NCBI RefSeq assembly: GCF_021028975.2
Contig: NC_059432.1
Location: forward strand, 72,416,001-72,480,000
DNA: 64,000 nucleotides
Reading direction: 5' to 3'
Origin: Sphaerodactylus townsendi
Lineage: Eukaryota
The notes beneath the pieces are model-generated. The model was not told the origin of the DNA. It worked only from the letters and a program-made list of their open reading frames with translations, and ran no database searches. Positions within the stretch are counted from its first letter, which is position 1. The number at the start of each line of letters is the position of its first letter. A program made the translations under genes and the position numbers. This document shows positions 13,820 through 27,680 of this stretch, in pieces.

Positions 13820-14340
13820 TCCATAGAGTGAGAATGACAAAGAAGGCATGGGCTCTGGTTGACACTAGCTGGGCTAGAGTAAGTGAGGGAACCACCATGA
13901 AGCGGCAGCCCGAGGGCCACAGCTGGGGCATGGAAATATGGGGGAGGAGGTGGTCCTTTGATAGGTGACTTTTAGATTGCGGACTTTAAAGGTCACAACC
14001 AGCCCCTTGGACACTGAAACAAGCTATTTTAAGATACAAAAGAGATGTGCCTAACAGCTAGGCCCTGACAATAATCGGGATGTTTTCAAGGGCAATCCAA
14101 CACAGAGTGCATTAAAGTAGTCCAAATGCAAAGTTACAAAAGCATAGGCCAGTATGGCTAGACCAGTTGTGTCTAAGAAAGGAGAGGTGAACCAATGAAA
14201 AGGATAGAAAGCACTCTTGGCAACTATCCCAGCATGCTTGTCAAACAATGAAGGATTCATGAGTATCCCCAAGCTCTTAAACTTGGGCCCTTTCTGAAAT
14301 GAAGCACTACAAAAAAAAGAGGCTGCACCATCCCTCAACT
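13820..14340 (-). mobile_element. L2-type LINE fragment
   Basis: LAILAYAFVTLHLDYFNALCVGLPLK, typical L2 ORF2 C-terminal motif; related fragments at ~10480-11050, 25680-25915 (LDPFQSDFRSGYGMEMAL) and ~46360-46620. Confidence 0.7.
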
Positions 14341-15700
14341 AAGTTCCCCAGCTATCACTAGAAAGGCTAGGCTGCTGACATTGAAGCCAACATTTTACAC
14401 TTTGACTTAATGTTAATGCTGGAGTTTAGGTGAATAGCTGATATCCTACTATGACAACAGCAGTCACATACTTTAGATTAAAAGCATTTATATTCACACA
14501 TTTTAAAGTGCAGGTTGAAACTTCCCCATCAAGAAAGGATGCACAGGTGAGAGAACATCCTTGATTTCTGAAACAGTGAGCACTATAATTAGAAGGGCAC
14601 AAATCAGAGAGCTGACCTTTAATCGAGCAACAATTGCTCTGCGCTGTTTAATGTGAGAGACAGAATCAGTTTCTGCCCAGTTTTCTTAGAGGGGCAGGAA
14701 AGCTTTGGCCTGTGTCTAGACAGCTGGCCCTCCAAGGTAACTTACTTGGCTGCTGTATGAAACCAGAAACAAGACTAGATGGACCACTGGTTTGATCCAG
14801 CAAGACTCTTCTTGTGTTTTCAATACACACAAGTTAAAAGTTTGATACTTCCATCTCTCATACAAAAAAAGCACTTTTCTTTTTGAACTGCCGGCATCCA
14901 GATTTCAAATACTTGTATACTGCCAGCCAGCCAGGCTGCCTTATGCTTTGTCTTTTTTCAACTACAGAGAACTCTCGCCTGTGTCTCAGTGTTTGACAAA
15001 ACTGACCTCTTTCTTTATTGAAGTACCACTGAAAAAGTCTTTTACCAAGACTGCTCATGGTGTAAGAGGAAATCCTCTTATGTATAGTCTTCTTAAAAAC
15101 AGGAAGTGAATTACAGCAAGCCATTTCCAAACACCAAATTAAAATTATGTACAAGATGTAAGAGAATAATGCATAAAAACACAAAATATATCCTTCCTTC
15201 TACATAGCGGCAATGGAATATCTGATTGATTAAGTACTGTCTGACATCCGAACACGCACTTTACATCAGGCAACACAAATGTGTTGAAACAAAACTACAA
15301 ACTAACTATATTAAGAACAGCATTTCTCTAATAGTAGAGAACTTTAGGGCTAGACCAGATTGTCTTAATATCATGGTAAGAATTTAACTGTCTGGATTAC
15401 TAACTATAGCTTTTACTGCCCCCTTCCCCAATTAGTCACTCAATTTCCTGAAGTTCCTAAGCTTCATTCCATTTGTGAAAGGGCATTTTTGCATGCATGA
15501 CATGTCCACAGATTCCTCTTATCCACTGCAGACCCCCATTTTGTAGCCCACACTGCTCCGAAATATCCACCAACCCACAGGAGCTATCTTTCAAGGCACA
15601 CAGCAGATTGCACTAGGAAGGCAGAAATGGTACACACGATGCATAAGATCTACAGTGCTTTTTAGGCTTTCCCGAAACCTTTTCACTGTCTCTGCAGACA

Positions 15701-15925
15701 GACAGTGTGGTGTAGTGGTGAAGTGCAGTGGACTCTAATTTAGAGAACTGGGTTTGATTCCCCATTCTTCCATTTGCATGGTGTCTGGTAGGAATCTGGT
15801 AAACTGATTTGTTTCCCGGCTCCATGCAGAACTCTCTCAGCTCCATCTACCTCACAAGGTAGCTGTTGTGGGGAGAGGAAGCAAAAGGAGCTTGTAAGCC
15901 CCCTTGAGTCTCCTTAAAGCTCCCC
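15701..15925 (+). mobile_element. tRNA-derived SINE (Squam3-like)
   Basis: A-box/B-box head (gtggtgtagtgg...ggtttgattccc), ctacctcacaagg core, gtaagcccccttgagtctcc tail. Confidence 0.75.
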
Positions 15926-16684
15926 AAGAGAAAAACTGAAATATATTTATGTTCACTTCCCTATCAAGCAAACTTATTTTACTGATTTGACATAAAATAT
16001 CGCATTTAGTTAACACATAAAATGTGTTATGTGGGGTATTTATGGAATTTAAAAGTATAAATATCTTCATTATCTATATAAAAACCTGTAAGCATATCCA
16101 GGCCTTGAGAGTTGCAAACGGCACCCTATGGTCCCACAGCACATGTATCTTAATTTTTGCCATCTGACAGGTAGAAAAAGAAATGTTAAAAGTAGAAAAT
16201 TCTGTAGTTAACAAATTATTTGGACACAAACACTCATTATGGGCATGAATATCAGTGTGCAAGCAGATATTTTGCATTCTCTTCTCAAGCCTTCACATCT
16301 CAGGGTAGGCTGAAAATGTGTGAACACAGCATCCTGTTCCCTCACATCTGCAGTCCCTCAGCAACTAGCAGTTAGAGACGAATTCCGTGTGGCAAAGTAG
16401 GAAGGAGAGCTCAGTGGTTCCCAATCTTTTAAGTATGGTGAGCCACAAATCAAACTTACTGGGAGCAGTGGCTCACTTTAAACAATCCTACACCATGCAC
16501 AAATCAATAACACTGAAAAAGCCTGGGACCCACTTTCACAGACTTCACAGTCCACTTTTAGGCCAGGACCCACAGGCTAGGAAACACTCATCTGGCAGAT
16601 AGCTAGGGCTGCCAGACTAATCTTCCTTTACCCATGGCAGTTCCCTTACCTAGTGAGAAGTACATCAATTAGGGAATGCTCATT

Positions 16685-18800
16685 GGTACTTACCTGTAAA
16701 GGGTTCTTCTCATCTGAGCAGAAGAGGACATCTGGGTGTTTTCCAGTAATCAGTCAGGGAGGCAGGAATAAATTGTTCTTTTGCCTCCTAGGTCTGCTGG
16801 AACACACCCACTTCTCCTCCAGTTCTGGAAACTCCAACAAGCAGTCTCATGCTGCAAATTGGAAAACCAGTGCTCTCTCCCTGAAATTAGCACTTAGAGA
16901 GGACTAGCGAGAAAAAATAAGGAAACACAAAATACAAAACACGAACAGAAGAAGCAGAAGCAGAAGAAGAGTTGGATTTATATCCCCCTTTCTCTCCTGT
17001 AAGGAGACTCAAAGGGGCTTACAATCTCCTTTCCCTTCCCCCCCTCACAACAAGCACCCTCTGAGGTAGGTGGGGCTGAGAGAGCTCAGAAGAACTGTGA
17101 CTAGCCCAAGGTCACCCAGCTGGCATGTTTTAGAGTGTACAGGCTAATCTGAATTCCCCAGATAAGCCTTGTGCCAGTATAACTACTCTTTGGGGTGCTG
17201 TGGATTTGGACAAAAAAGAAAGAAGAAAAAAATTCTTGTTGCCTATGAAAGGCTTAATTAATCTTAGGCACGAAGGTGGGATCAGTTCTGAGAACCACCT
17301 TATCCTTGTGGAAGATGCATAAGGACGGTTTAACAGACAGAGCACTCAATTTGGAAACTTGTCAAGCCGATGTAACTACTATTAGAAAGATGGTCCTCAT
17401 CCTAAGATGTTTTAGGGAAATGCCTGTCATTTGCTCAAATGGGGAAGTAATGTCTGGTGGGCTTGTCTTTGAGATGAGACACCTTTTGATATGAGAATGT
17501 AATGTACTCCAACTGTCTAGAATAGATCATGGACCACAGAAGCTATGACTGCCACCTGCCTGTGAAGTGTGACAAAGCAGAGACCAGAATCAAATTCATC
17601 CTGAAGGAAGCCTAAGACGTCCCTAATGTCAGGAGCAATGGGATCTACCTTTTTTCTCCAACACTACCTAATGATGGCCTTCCAGGGGGTGTTATAGCTT
17701 CTCCTTGTAGATGCTCTTCTGGAGTTGAAAATCAAGTTGGTAATCTCCCAACTGTTATTTCTTGCGAACAAGATCCCCCATTCAATCTCCACATGGTCAA
17801 GCTCTACCACTCTGGCTCTGTGTGACATATAGGTCCTCGATGTAGATCTTTGGTCTGAGGAAAGAATGTTGAAAAAACTATGGACATTGTGGCCACCAAG
17901 GAAGTACCAGGATCACCTCCACCTTCTCCTCTTGAATTTCTTTAGGAGTCTGGGAATAACCTGAAGTGGAGGAAAGGCATACAGAAGTCCTAGATAGATA
18001 ATGCAGCCATTGCTTCCGCCTCTCAATGATGAAACTGCAAAAGAAATCCAGGTGCTTGGTTGTTCAGACTGTATGCAAAAAGATTTAGGACTGGTGTTCC
18101 CGTTTGTTGTGAAATCTGAAGGAAGGCCTCCCTCTTAGAAACCATCCTTCGGAGAAAGCTGTTGTCAACTCAGCCAGTATGCCTGGATGTTGTGTTTCCC
18201 CTGAATAAGCTCTGCAAGTATGGGCAACAGGTGTTAGTTCTACCCAGGAAGAGATCTACCCCACTTCCTTTGAGAGCATTGAGGATTTGGACGTAAGAGT
18301 CATCCAGCTGGGGTTGGAAGTACTAAAGCACTAAATAGATGGCGCTCAGTTCCAGAAGACTGAGTGGTAGACTGGTCTTGAGAGACGACCAGACACCCCA
18401 GACTGGAAGATCCTCCAACATTGTCCCCCAGCCTAAAAGGCAAGAATCCATGAAAATCTGTTTGGTGGGGCTGATCTAAAATGATTTCCCTTGATTCAGA
18501 CTGAATCACTTGATCCAGGAAAGGAGGCTGACCTTGACTGGACAAGGCATCACCAACGACAAGTGAAGTTTGTTGATAATCTGAAATTGGAAAGGGCTGA
18601 TGAACCGCTGAAGGGATCTGGAATGGAAGCGTCCACATTAAACCACTTCTGAGCAAGCAATAAGAAGTCCCATCAGGCTGCAGGATAGGCGGGAGCTCTT
18701 CCTGCTGTTTATGACAGCTAGCATCTGCTCTTCAGCTTTAGCTGCTTCTTGGCTGGAACAAACAGTTTGCACACTGATGCATCCGACAGAAGCCCCAAAT
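16685..18800 (-). mobile_element. Decayed DIRS1-like (tyrosine recombinase) retrotransposon, interrupted by a SINE
   Basis: Minus-strand translation near 17900-18100 gives P.LNLFA and GLLYAFPPLQVIPRLLKK..VILVLPWWP, motifs typical of the DIRS RNaseH/MT region; multiple frameshifts; boundaries approximate. Confidence 0.7.
16950..17168 (-). mobile_element. Squam3-like SINE (3' part) inserted in the DIRS remnant
   Basis: (GAA)n tail + gagttggatttatatcccc...; matches other copies. Confidence 0.85.
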
Positions 18801-18940
18801 GCTTGAATGTTTGGACTCTCCATGCAATTTATCAGGAGTCCATGTTACTCCAAAAGGATTGTCGAAGGCTTTCACAGCCAGAGTCAACTGGTTCTGGTGG
18901 GTTTTCTGGGCTGTGTGGCCATGGTCTGGTGGATCTTGCT

Positions 18941-18981
18941 CCTAACGTTTCGCCTGCATCTGTGGCTGGCATCTTCAGAGG
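18941..18981 (-). ncRNA. Minimal hammerhead ribozyme in Penelope-like fragment (~18860-19170)
   Basis: Reverse complement cctCTGAAGAtgccagccacagatgcaggcGAAAcGTTagg. Confidence 0.7.
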
Positions 18982-20262
18982 TGAATAACAGAGGGAAGTC
19001 TGTTACACACTGTGTAATCACTCCCTGGACTGATAAGCCCCACCCACAATACAATACTATCAACCACATCTTTGCATAACAAGTTCCACCCAAATACTTA
19101 CTGATTGGTTCCCCTCCCTGGGGCATGGATAATATATATCCCAAACATTTCCTTTCTCTGGACAGTGTGTAAATTGCCCTGCGTGTTTTCAATGTGACCT
19201 TTCACTATCACAAAAAGACTGGCATGATCTTAAGGATTTGACTAAATAAAGGTTTGGGATAGACAGTAAAATCCAAGTCAGCAGCTCCAATCTGGACAAG
19301 AGTGAAAGGTAACAGAGAAAAAGTTTCCCTTCACACTTTGATATTTTTCATAACTCAGTGCATCTTAGCCTCATTCACAAAAACACACCTGACACCTGTA
19401 CAGACCATACACAGCAACAGCACAAAAACACACAGTGCTCCCTTACATTATACTAAGCTAAACCTTGAGTCTACCAAAGTCAATGCTCTGACAGGTGGCA
19501 GCTTTCCATAATCTCAGGTTGAGATCATTTATATCACCTTATCATTTTAGGTGAAGATTCTGAGAACTAAGCCTGGGTGTATACAGAGCAGGTACTTTAT
19601 TAACAAGCAATAGCCCCTCCCCTAATAGCAGTCCTTCAATACGGTACACATTCTACAGGGAAAAAATAATTAGGTCAGCCATGAAAAGTATCTGCCCTTT
19701 CTCAAGCAACCAAACACAATATAGTGATTTCAGAGATGCAAGGAAGTATCTTGTGACACCTTACGGACCAATATATTTATTGTGGTGCGTATTTTTCTGG
19801 TTTATATACCACTTTGCTAGATGTAAGAAGAATGTCTACAGTTGGCTGATGCTCTCATATATATAGTCACAGAAAAAAATTGGGAAAAATATGAAAAATC
19901 AGTAGTGCCTTCACCTTCAAAACGTTCTAAGGTTTCAACCAACATATGGTACCTACACCATTATGAATCTGCCTGACCAATATAGTCATCTTCAGATGCT
20001 CTGCTTCAGATGACCCCACCTACTGAGGTTAGGCAGGTGTCATTCCCATGTACAGGTGTGAAAACTGGTCAGTGAACAAAGCTGACAGGAAGAAAGCTGA
20101 TTCATTTGAAATGTGGGAGTGAAGAAGAGATTTATGATACCATGGACCACCAAAAAAGACAAATAAGCGGAATCCAGCTCAGAACAAGCTGGAACTCTCC
20201 CCTTAGAAGATAAAATGACTACACTGAAGCTATCAAACTCTGGTCACATTATGAGAAGACTG

Positions 20263-20535
20263 AAGGAGGAAGAGGAAGAAGAGTTGAATTTATATCCCCC
20301 TTTCTCTCCTGTAAGGAGACTCAAAGGGGCTGACAATCTCCTTGCCCTTCCCCTCTCACAACAAGCACCCTGCTGTGACTAGCCCAAGGTCACCCAGCTG
20401 GCATGTGTGGGAGTGCATAGGCTAATCTGAATTCCCCAGATAAGCCTCCACAGCTCAAGCAGCAGAGCAGGGAATCAAACCCGGTTTCTCCAGATTAGAG
20501 TACACCTGCTCTTAACCACTACGCCACTGCTGCTC
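20263..20535 (-). mobile_element. Squam3-like SINE, near full length, inserted in an RTE/BovB-like LINE fragment (~20040-20690)
   Basis: Complete tRNA head on minus (gcagtggcgtagtggttaagagc) and GAA tail; flanks join into RTE-type sequence. Confidence 0.85.
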
Positions 20536-23500
20536 CACTGGAGAAGACAATAATGCTAGGAAAAGTAAAAAGCAGTAGGAAAAGAGGAAGACCCAACATA
20601 AGATGGATTAAATCAATCAAAGAAGCCACAGTCTCCAGTTTGTAAAACCTGGACACTGTTGTTAATGATAGGACATTCTGGAAATCATGGGTGAGGGCCT
20701 TCTACGTCACTGCACCAAAGCACTCCCCGCAGGGAGACAATGCCCCCTCCTATTGCCATCTTCCGCCAGCAGGTTTATTTGGCATTCTCTCAGCGATTCC
20801 TCCTTCCTGACAAATGTTTTCAATGCCCTTTTTATTTCTGTATGTATTTTAACTCCATTTTTAATTTGTTTTAATTATGTGTTTTGAAGAGGCCGATTTT
20901 AACGGCTTAAATTTTTTATTTTTATCTTTTATGTCTCAAATTGCTGGGCTTCTTGAAGACCCTTGTAAGGCCAGAAAAGCAGGAGACAGATTTTGTAAAA
21001 TAAATATAACACAATTTAATCATGCCAATTTAACACTGATAGCAAGAGAGAGATTTGTGGTCTTAGAACCTAGGCGAACAGAAACAAATCTGCTGTTCAT
21101 CAACTGCATGTTTGAATAATTTTGAAATTTGTGCTTATTGTTGAAAAAGAACGGTGACATACAGGTCAGCATCAGCAGTATCTGCGAGACTTAAAAGTTC
21201 TCCTATCGCTTTCTGATTGCTGACTTTTTATCGTTCCATTTAAGACCTCATGAACAGATCTCAGCTTGTTCATGACAGGTTAATCACCAGGCTTAAGTAT
21301 TCCCTTCCTCCCTCTTTCCAACAGCAAATAATAATCTTGACATGAGCTTACTGTGAGCGCTTTCAGTAACTGAGGCCTGTTTCCATACCAGTAAACAGGA
21401 TTTTAAACTGTAGTTTAATCCTGGTTAAGAATCAAAGTTAATGGGACAGAAACAATCCCTCAGAGAAGGTACTCAGACATAGTGACTAATTATAGCTGGT
21501 TGAGATATGAATTTCACTTTGGCCTAAAGCACACAGAAGAGAAGTTAGTTGCTCTCAAGCACTTGTGTTTTGCTGATGACTCTCTCAAGCATGCAGTACT
21601 CTACTTAAGGCTTGGTATATGAATGCTTCTAGGTAGCAGAGAACAATCAAAGTGACTGCCATGAATGTGACACCTAGGAGAGGAAAGAGACTTGGTGATG
21701 CCACATGCTATAATAGATGTGTCTCTTCCTGATAAGGATAGGAAAAAAGGAGTGACAGGGACAGAGGTGTTAAATTCCTTGGAAACTAGGTTTATTTTTG
21801 CAGGCTGCTTTTGTAGGGTCCCTCTTGGCTGAATGCATCTTGGGGGTTGCTATCACCATATGAAACTAACAAAGTGCAGACAGCCGGGACAAACACTCAG
21901 GGTAATAAATAACTGATATAAAGCTACAACTTTCAGAGTAAAGATCTTACCCTGCAACAGTGAGGATATGTCTAGTCAAGGGAGAGAGGAATGCATATAT
22001 GCCCCTTTACCTTGTCAATCTGATGCCATGCATGAAATATATGTGGACATTTTATTTTTAAAACATGTCTTTTTTATTTTGAATACTGGAAGTTTGTTGT
22101 CTGCTAACCTCACCTGAACACCACTAAAATGGCAACAAAGGGGGTTTGTCAGTAGACTGCTAGATCCCTGGGAATGTGCAAGCGTGGTAAAGCTAGTAGA
22201 GTGAAAGGAGATGTGAGTACCAAGTGGAGTCCATAAAAGGCAACATAGATGGAGAGAACTAGCCTTCTTAGCAAGAAATACTCTTAACTGCCCAGCTAGC
22301 AACAGAAAAGATACCCAAAGAGCAGGAAGGAACCCTTCTGGGAGTCCAATGAGCTCAGGAAAGTGATGTACCACTGGACAGAGAACCAGGACAGCTGCTC
22401 AGCATCTCAACCTCTTGGAGGGCCCAAACTGTAACAGCAGTCGAGTGTCAGCAGAAGACTCTGCAATATTTACCATGCAGGGATTATGATGACTGGCAAT
22501 TCTCTACCGAGTGTACACTCAATGGTAAACTTGATTGTATTTGTGTAATGTATGCAACAGTCTTACTCACAAAAGGATGCCGTCAATGAATTCTAAGCCA
22601 AAAGCTGGATCAAATGAATTTGTAACGTTAGTTTTTCAAGCACTAATTTAGAACATTTTAATTTCCCTCTGAAATGAAAAACATTTGATGCTAACATATT
22701 CTAAGTGCCAAATGTACCAACAAAATGTTCTCGGTTGCATATCGTTGTATTATGACTTAGAATGAAAAACAAAACAAAGCACAAGCATTTCACTTATAGA
22801 GACCCTATAATACTAGGTTCTATAGATACATACATATGAATTCAGGAATTTCTGCAACACAGAACATACAGTCTAACTTTCCTTCATTATTGAAAAGGCA
22901 TTCAGAGATGCACAAGGCAGCTTGCCCAGCAAACACCGGAAAATGAAAGACAGACCATGGAATTAGGCCCAAATCTCCTAAATCCTAGTGTATTCACCAT
23001 GGGCTTCCTCTGGGACAATACTGCTTTACAGATTCTGAACCAACTCCAACAACTATTAGATCATTTGCATTTTAATATTTCAAAACATTATCCGCCTGGG
23101 CACCTGCAAAAAGAATACAAAAGATTTCATTAATACACACACCGCTGGCCATTTCTAGCCTGCAGGATGGTTAAAGTAAACCATCAGCCTAAGACCTTTT
23201 GATACAGATAACTATCTAGCTTCCATGAGAAAATGTCTATGTGCCTTTTGTTGTATAAACTACCAATAATGGCATTAACAGAAATCTAAAGCATGAAATA
23301 ACCTTCCAGAATACATGATCTATTACTATTACTTTTGACCAGCACTTTTACCGGCAAGTTCTTCCTATTTTGAACAATATTTGCATTTGTTAACTGAAAG
23401 GGAAAAAACCTGGAAGAGGACGGCATTTATTATTTGCTCCTCTCCCCCAAAACAAGATAATACTCCCCAGTTGGCTCTCATTGACTCTTTACCTGTTTCA

Positions 23501-24639
23501 GCTACGAAAAATCTCCAGCATTATAATTAAAACAACTGCCACATTTTTCTCAGCCTTTTCTAGGATCTGTCCAATGATTTTTTTAACCAACTCCTTCTTG
23601 AGTTTAACAAGATGTTTCCATTTTTTGTTCTTTCCAGAGGGGAACCTGACACCAGCAGCATTTTAAATCGGCATATCTGCTCAACATTCTACACAGGATG
23701 CTTACAAGACAAGGTTCCAAGACAAGGTTGCAACACATACACACATTTTAAACAATAACTCTGTTGAAGGCTTCTAGAGACTCAAAAGTTTGCCCACTGT
23801 TTTCATTATTTTGTTTGGTCCAATAAAACATCTTACATGGCTTTTATTCAACTACATTCTTTAAGAAAACCAAATCTTCAACCACTTTCAATCAAACGTC
23901 TCGACTCCAGTATTTCCCAGTATAAAGTAAGTGAACCAGTTATGCATGATCTGACTGCTCTTCCTTCTGACAACGACTTCCATTTTATGGTCTTCAGAAT
24001 GGGTCACTCATCTTCACATATTACAGCTGCATTCTGATGCCACAACACAATGCAACAAAACTGTGTTTGCTATGTTTGTGAGTGCTCTTTGTTCCTCCCA
24101 CCTCCTTTGTGCACAGAACTTGATCCAAAACTTCAGGCTGACCAAACTCCAGCTCACAAGAAAACTTAATAAAGGCTCCTTGGTAAACTATCAGCATTCA
24201 TTTGAAAACAAACCAGGACTCTGAACCTCATTTTAAATGCAGGAGTTGTACCATTGTCTGAATGCAACTTACACCCATACAAGAGGTAGCTGTAGATCTC
24301 TACTAAAGAGTTTCTTACTTATGCTTGAAAATGCACCATATTTAGAATACTAAAGATAAATATGAGTAAGTTACAATGGCTCCAGACACTAGATAATTAG
24401 TACTTAACGTGTATACAGTAACATGACCAATGTTTTGATATGACTGCTTCAAACTGAGAAAACCATTATCTATAGGTAAAAGAGGGCCAAGAATGGTTTT
24501 GAAAAGATGTAACATACACACATTTTCTTCCCTGCTTAAAAAGCCAGCACATTCTCTAGAAATAGAGTGGATGCAAAATGTTCAAAGATCACTAGCAAGA
24601 CAAAGAACTTCTACCAATCCTATAAATTAATAGGATTTG

Positions 24640-24942
24640 ATTCCCAGCTCTGCCGGAATCAACCTGGTTTGATTCTCCGCTCTGCCGGAATCAACCGGGT
24701 TTGAGTCTCCGCTCTGCCGCCTGAGCTGTGGAGGCTTATCTGGGGAATTCAGATTAGCCTGTACACTCCCACACATGCCAGCTGGGTGACCTTGGGATAG
24801 TCACAGCTTTTCGGAGCTCTCTCAGCCCCACCTACCTCACAGGGTGTTTGTTGTGAGGGGGGAAGAGCAAGGAGATTGTAAGCCCCTTTGAGTCTCCTGA
24901 AGGAGAGAAAGGTGGGATATAAATCCAAACTCCTCTTCTTCT
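24640..24942 (+). mobile_element. Squam3-like SINE with tandemly repeated B-box region
   Basis: Family core and tail; ~32-bp unit containing ggtttgattctccgctctgcc repeated at 24632-24720. Confidence 0.85.
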
Positions 24943-25447
24943 AATAAGCAAATAATTAATAACCATTTCATTTCTTCTTACTCTAAAGGGTTGCAGGTTG
25001 ACCTAATTAACAAAACACTACTTTCGATCAGAATTTACTGAGCAGGGACATACTTTCAAAGCCTCACTTCCTTACCTACATGCCCACATTCCTTTTGTCT
25101 TATGATACCGTTGTGCCTAATGCCAATGTGGACAAAGGATCCAGTTAACTGATTCTGTCTGCCAAGCTTTACCCTCACATGGCAAAAAAAAACCCCTACC
25201 ATATCTCATGAAATATTATTTGACAAATGCTAAAGGCCTAAAAAGGAAAAAAAATCTTAAACAATCAGCACCCTACTGTAACAATCTGCACTCACAATTA
25301 AATTTTTAAAATTATTTTTGTTAGGGAGAAGCTTCCAGTCAGAAACCAGATTCAGACAAGCTGATAGAATGAAGAACTGTAACCTGGAGATAAATGGGAT
25401 TCCCCCAATTATGGGAACTGGCTTGCATCTCTGGGGTTCTCCTAGGT

Positions 25448-25580
25448 CAGTGGTGGCGAACCTATGGCACTCCAGATGTTCGTGGACTACAGTTCCCATA
25501 ATCCCCTGCCAGCATGGCCAAATGGTTAATGGGAATTGTAGTCCATGAACATCTGGAGTGCCATAGGTTCGCCACCATGG
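25448..25580. mobile_element. hAT MITE
   Basis: Long TIRs CAGTGGTGGCGAACCTATGGCACTCCAGATGTTC; 8-bp TSD TCCTAGGT at 25440-25447 and 25581-25588. Confidence 0.9.
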
Positions 25581-27400
25581 TCCTAGGTTCAGTGGTAAGT
25601 ATGGAAAAAACCAGGAATATTTTCCGCTAGCTACACTTGACAAGACAACTGAGGCCTCATCCCAAAAGAAGCCTACCTTGGACTCATAAGATTTCAGTAA
25701 CTATCAACAAGCTTCATGTTGCATCCTTGAGCAAGGTGATCAACTGGGAGATGGTTGGACAACTTCAATCATTTCTGGATAAAGTGGATTGTTTGGATCC
25801 TTTCCAATCTGACTTCAGGTCTGGTTATGGGATGGAAATGGCCTTGATCACTCTGGTGGATGACCTGTGCCAGGAGATTAACAGAGGGGAATATGACCCT
25901 GCTGATTTTCCTTGAAAATCGATATTTTTTCAGGTTCAGGTTTATCAAACCTGGAAATTTTCAAAAAAATGAAAAAAGTTGATATTACATCATGGCTTTT
26001 TGGAATTTTTTGAACATTTTCACATTATTAAACACAAACCCAAAAAATATGCTTGCCTCCAGATTCCACATGGGTCTGGGAGGCAGTAGGAGGTGCAGAG
26101 TTGAACCTGTGCTGCCTGCTGCCTCCGAGGCCATGGGGAGAGGCAGGCAGAGTTGAATGCTAGGTTCAGTTTTATACTGCTGGCTCCACCTCCAAAGCTC
26201 CGCCTCCGACCATGATACTTAAAGCTGTTGAATCCCAGGCAACGAATAACTGTTGTCATTCTCTGTTCCACCCACCCTCTCCCTGCTGCTGGGCATATGT
26301 ACAACATCCCTGTTTTGAAAACAGATTTGTGGCACAGGACATGCTTGCCTCTTACAAGCCCTGGGTCCTCTGATTTGCTCAAAAGGACACGCCCCCCCCC
26401 CCCCCCGCAATCACCTCTGTAGAGAGACTAAATCATGTGTTTAATCTGTCTACCACTAATGCAGCCTCAGTTCCAAGGCCCCCAGAGCCCCTTCTTGATT
26501 TTAACTTGACACTTTTGATCAGTCCTGTAGGTCTTTCCCCATTTGAACCCATCCTCCCTAACAGCAACATGTTATGGAACCCCTTGGCTTAGTGCTGTCT
26601 CTCCCTTAACTGTATCTGAACTTGACTTCCAATCTCTTCCTGCCTGACTTGATGCCCTCCTGACCTCCTACCTTGTCAAAAGGCCTCTGAATTTTTTTTC
26701 TCATTTCTTTGTTTAATAGGTACGTTCTTTGGGGGGGGGAGGGGAATCCATGTCTTTCATTTTTCTTTTCTGTGCCAAATGCAAAAATTACTTAATGGGA
26801 TTTTATTTAAGGAACAGACTACAAAACTACATTGTTAATGGAAAATTTAAACAGAGTGAATAAATAGCAATAGCAAAATAAACCAGCATTGTTTCAGTTT
26901 TGTGTCCAATAGCTGCAATTTTAAAAGTAAACCTACAGCAGGTAGTTGTTAAATAGCCTTCCTGGTTTCAGGTTTCATCTTGGTTTTGTGGTTTTGAAGT
27001 AGATACCAGCAGCTATGCTTGAAAGAAATGCATGTGGCTAAGCTAGTATTGACCATTGAATTACTGTTTGTTCTTATGTGAAATTAAGTTCTTAAAGGAT
27101 TGTGTCACCCCTCCCCCATGTACAGAAGCCCCAAGATGATCTTATAACTGCAGCAATGATGCACAGTAAAAACCATTTAAATTAAATTATGCAGAAACCA
27201 TGCTGTTCAGAGTATTATGTAGCTTACTTAGGTTACACCAATGCAACAGTGGTAGCTGTTATTTATGGTTACACCAATGACTAAAGGCATTCCTTTTCAC
27301 ATCTTCACCCAGCAGACAACCCATTACCTCTTACAGGAGATAAGAGCTAGCAGGTGTGTACTGAGCAAACATCCAGCCTCAGTGTCTGGTAATCACTCTC

Positions 27401-27680
27401 TTAAAGGTAAAGGTAGTCCCCTGTGCATGTACTGGGTCATTGCTGACACATGGAGTGACGTCATATCACAATGTTTACTAGGCAGCTGGTTTGCCTAGTT
27501 TACAGGTGGCTTGCCATTGCCTTCCCCAGCAAGCTCATACTCATTTTATCAACCCTGGAAGGATGGAAAGTCAAGTCAACCTTGAGTCAGGTACCTGAAA
27601 CTGACTACCATTGGGACTGTACTGAAGTCGTGAGCAGAGCTTTGACTGCAGTACTGCAGCTTACAACTCTGTGCTACCTG
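27401..27680 (-). mobile_element. Sauria SINE (Squam1-like)
   Basis: taaaggtaaaggtagtcccctg tail and tactcattttatcaaccctggaaggatggaa core. Confidence 0.75.

Noticed and set aside
24632-24720. CRISPR-like or regulatory tandem repeat
   Set aside because: Simple tandem duplication of a SINE B-box region, with no spacers; eukaryotic DNA.
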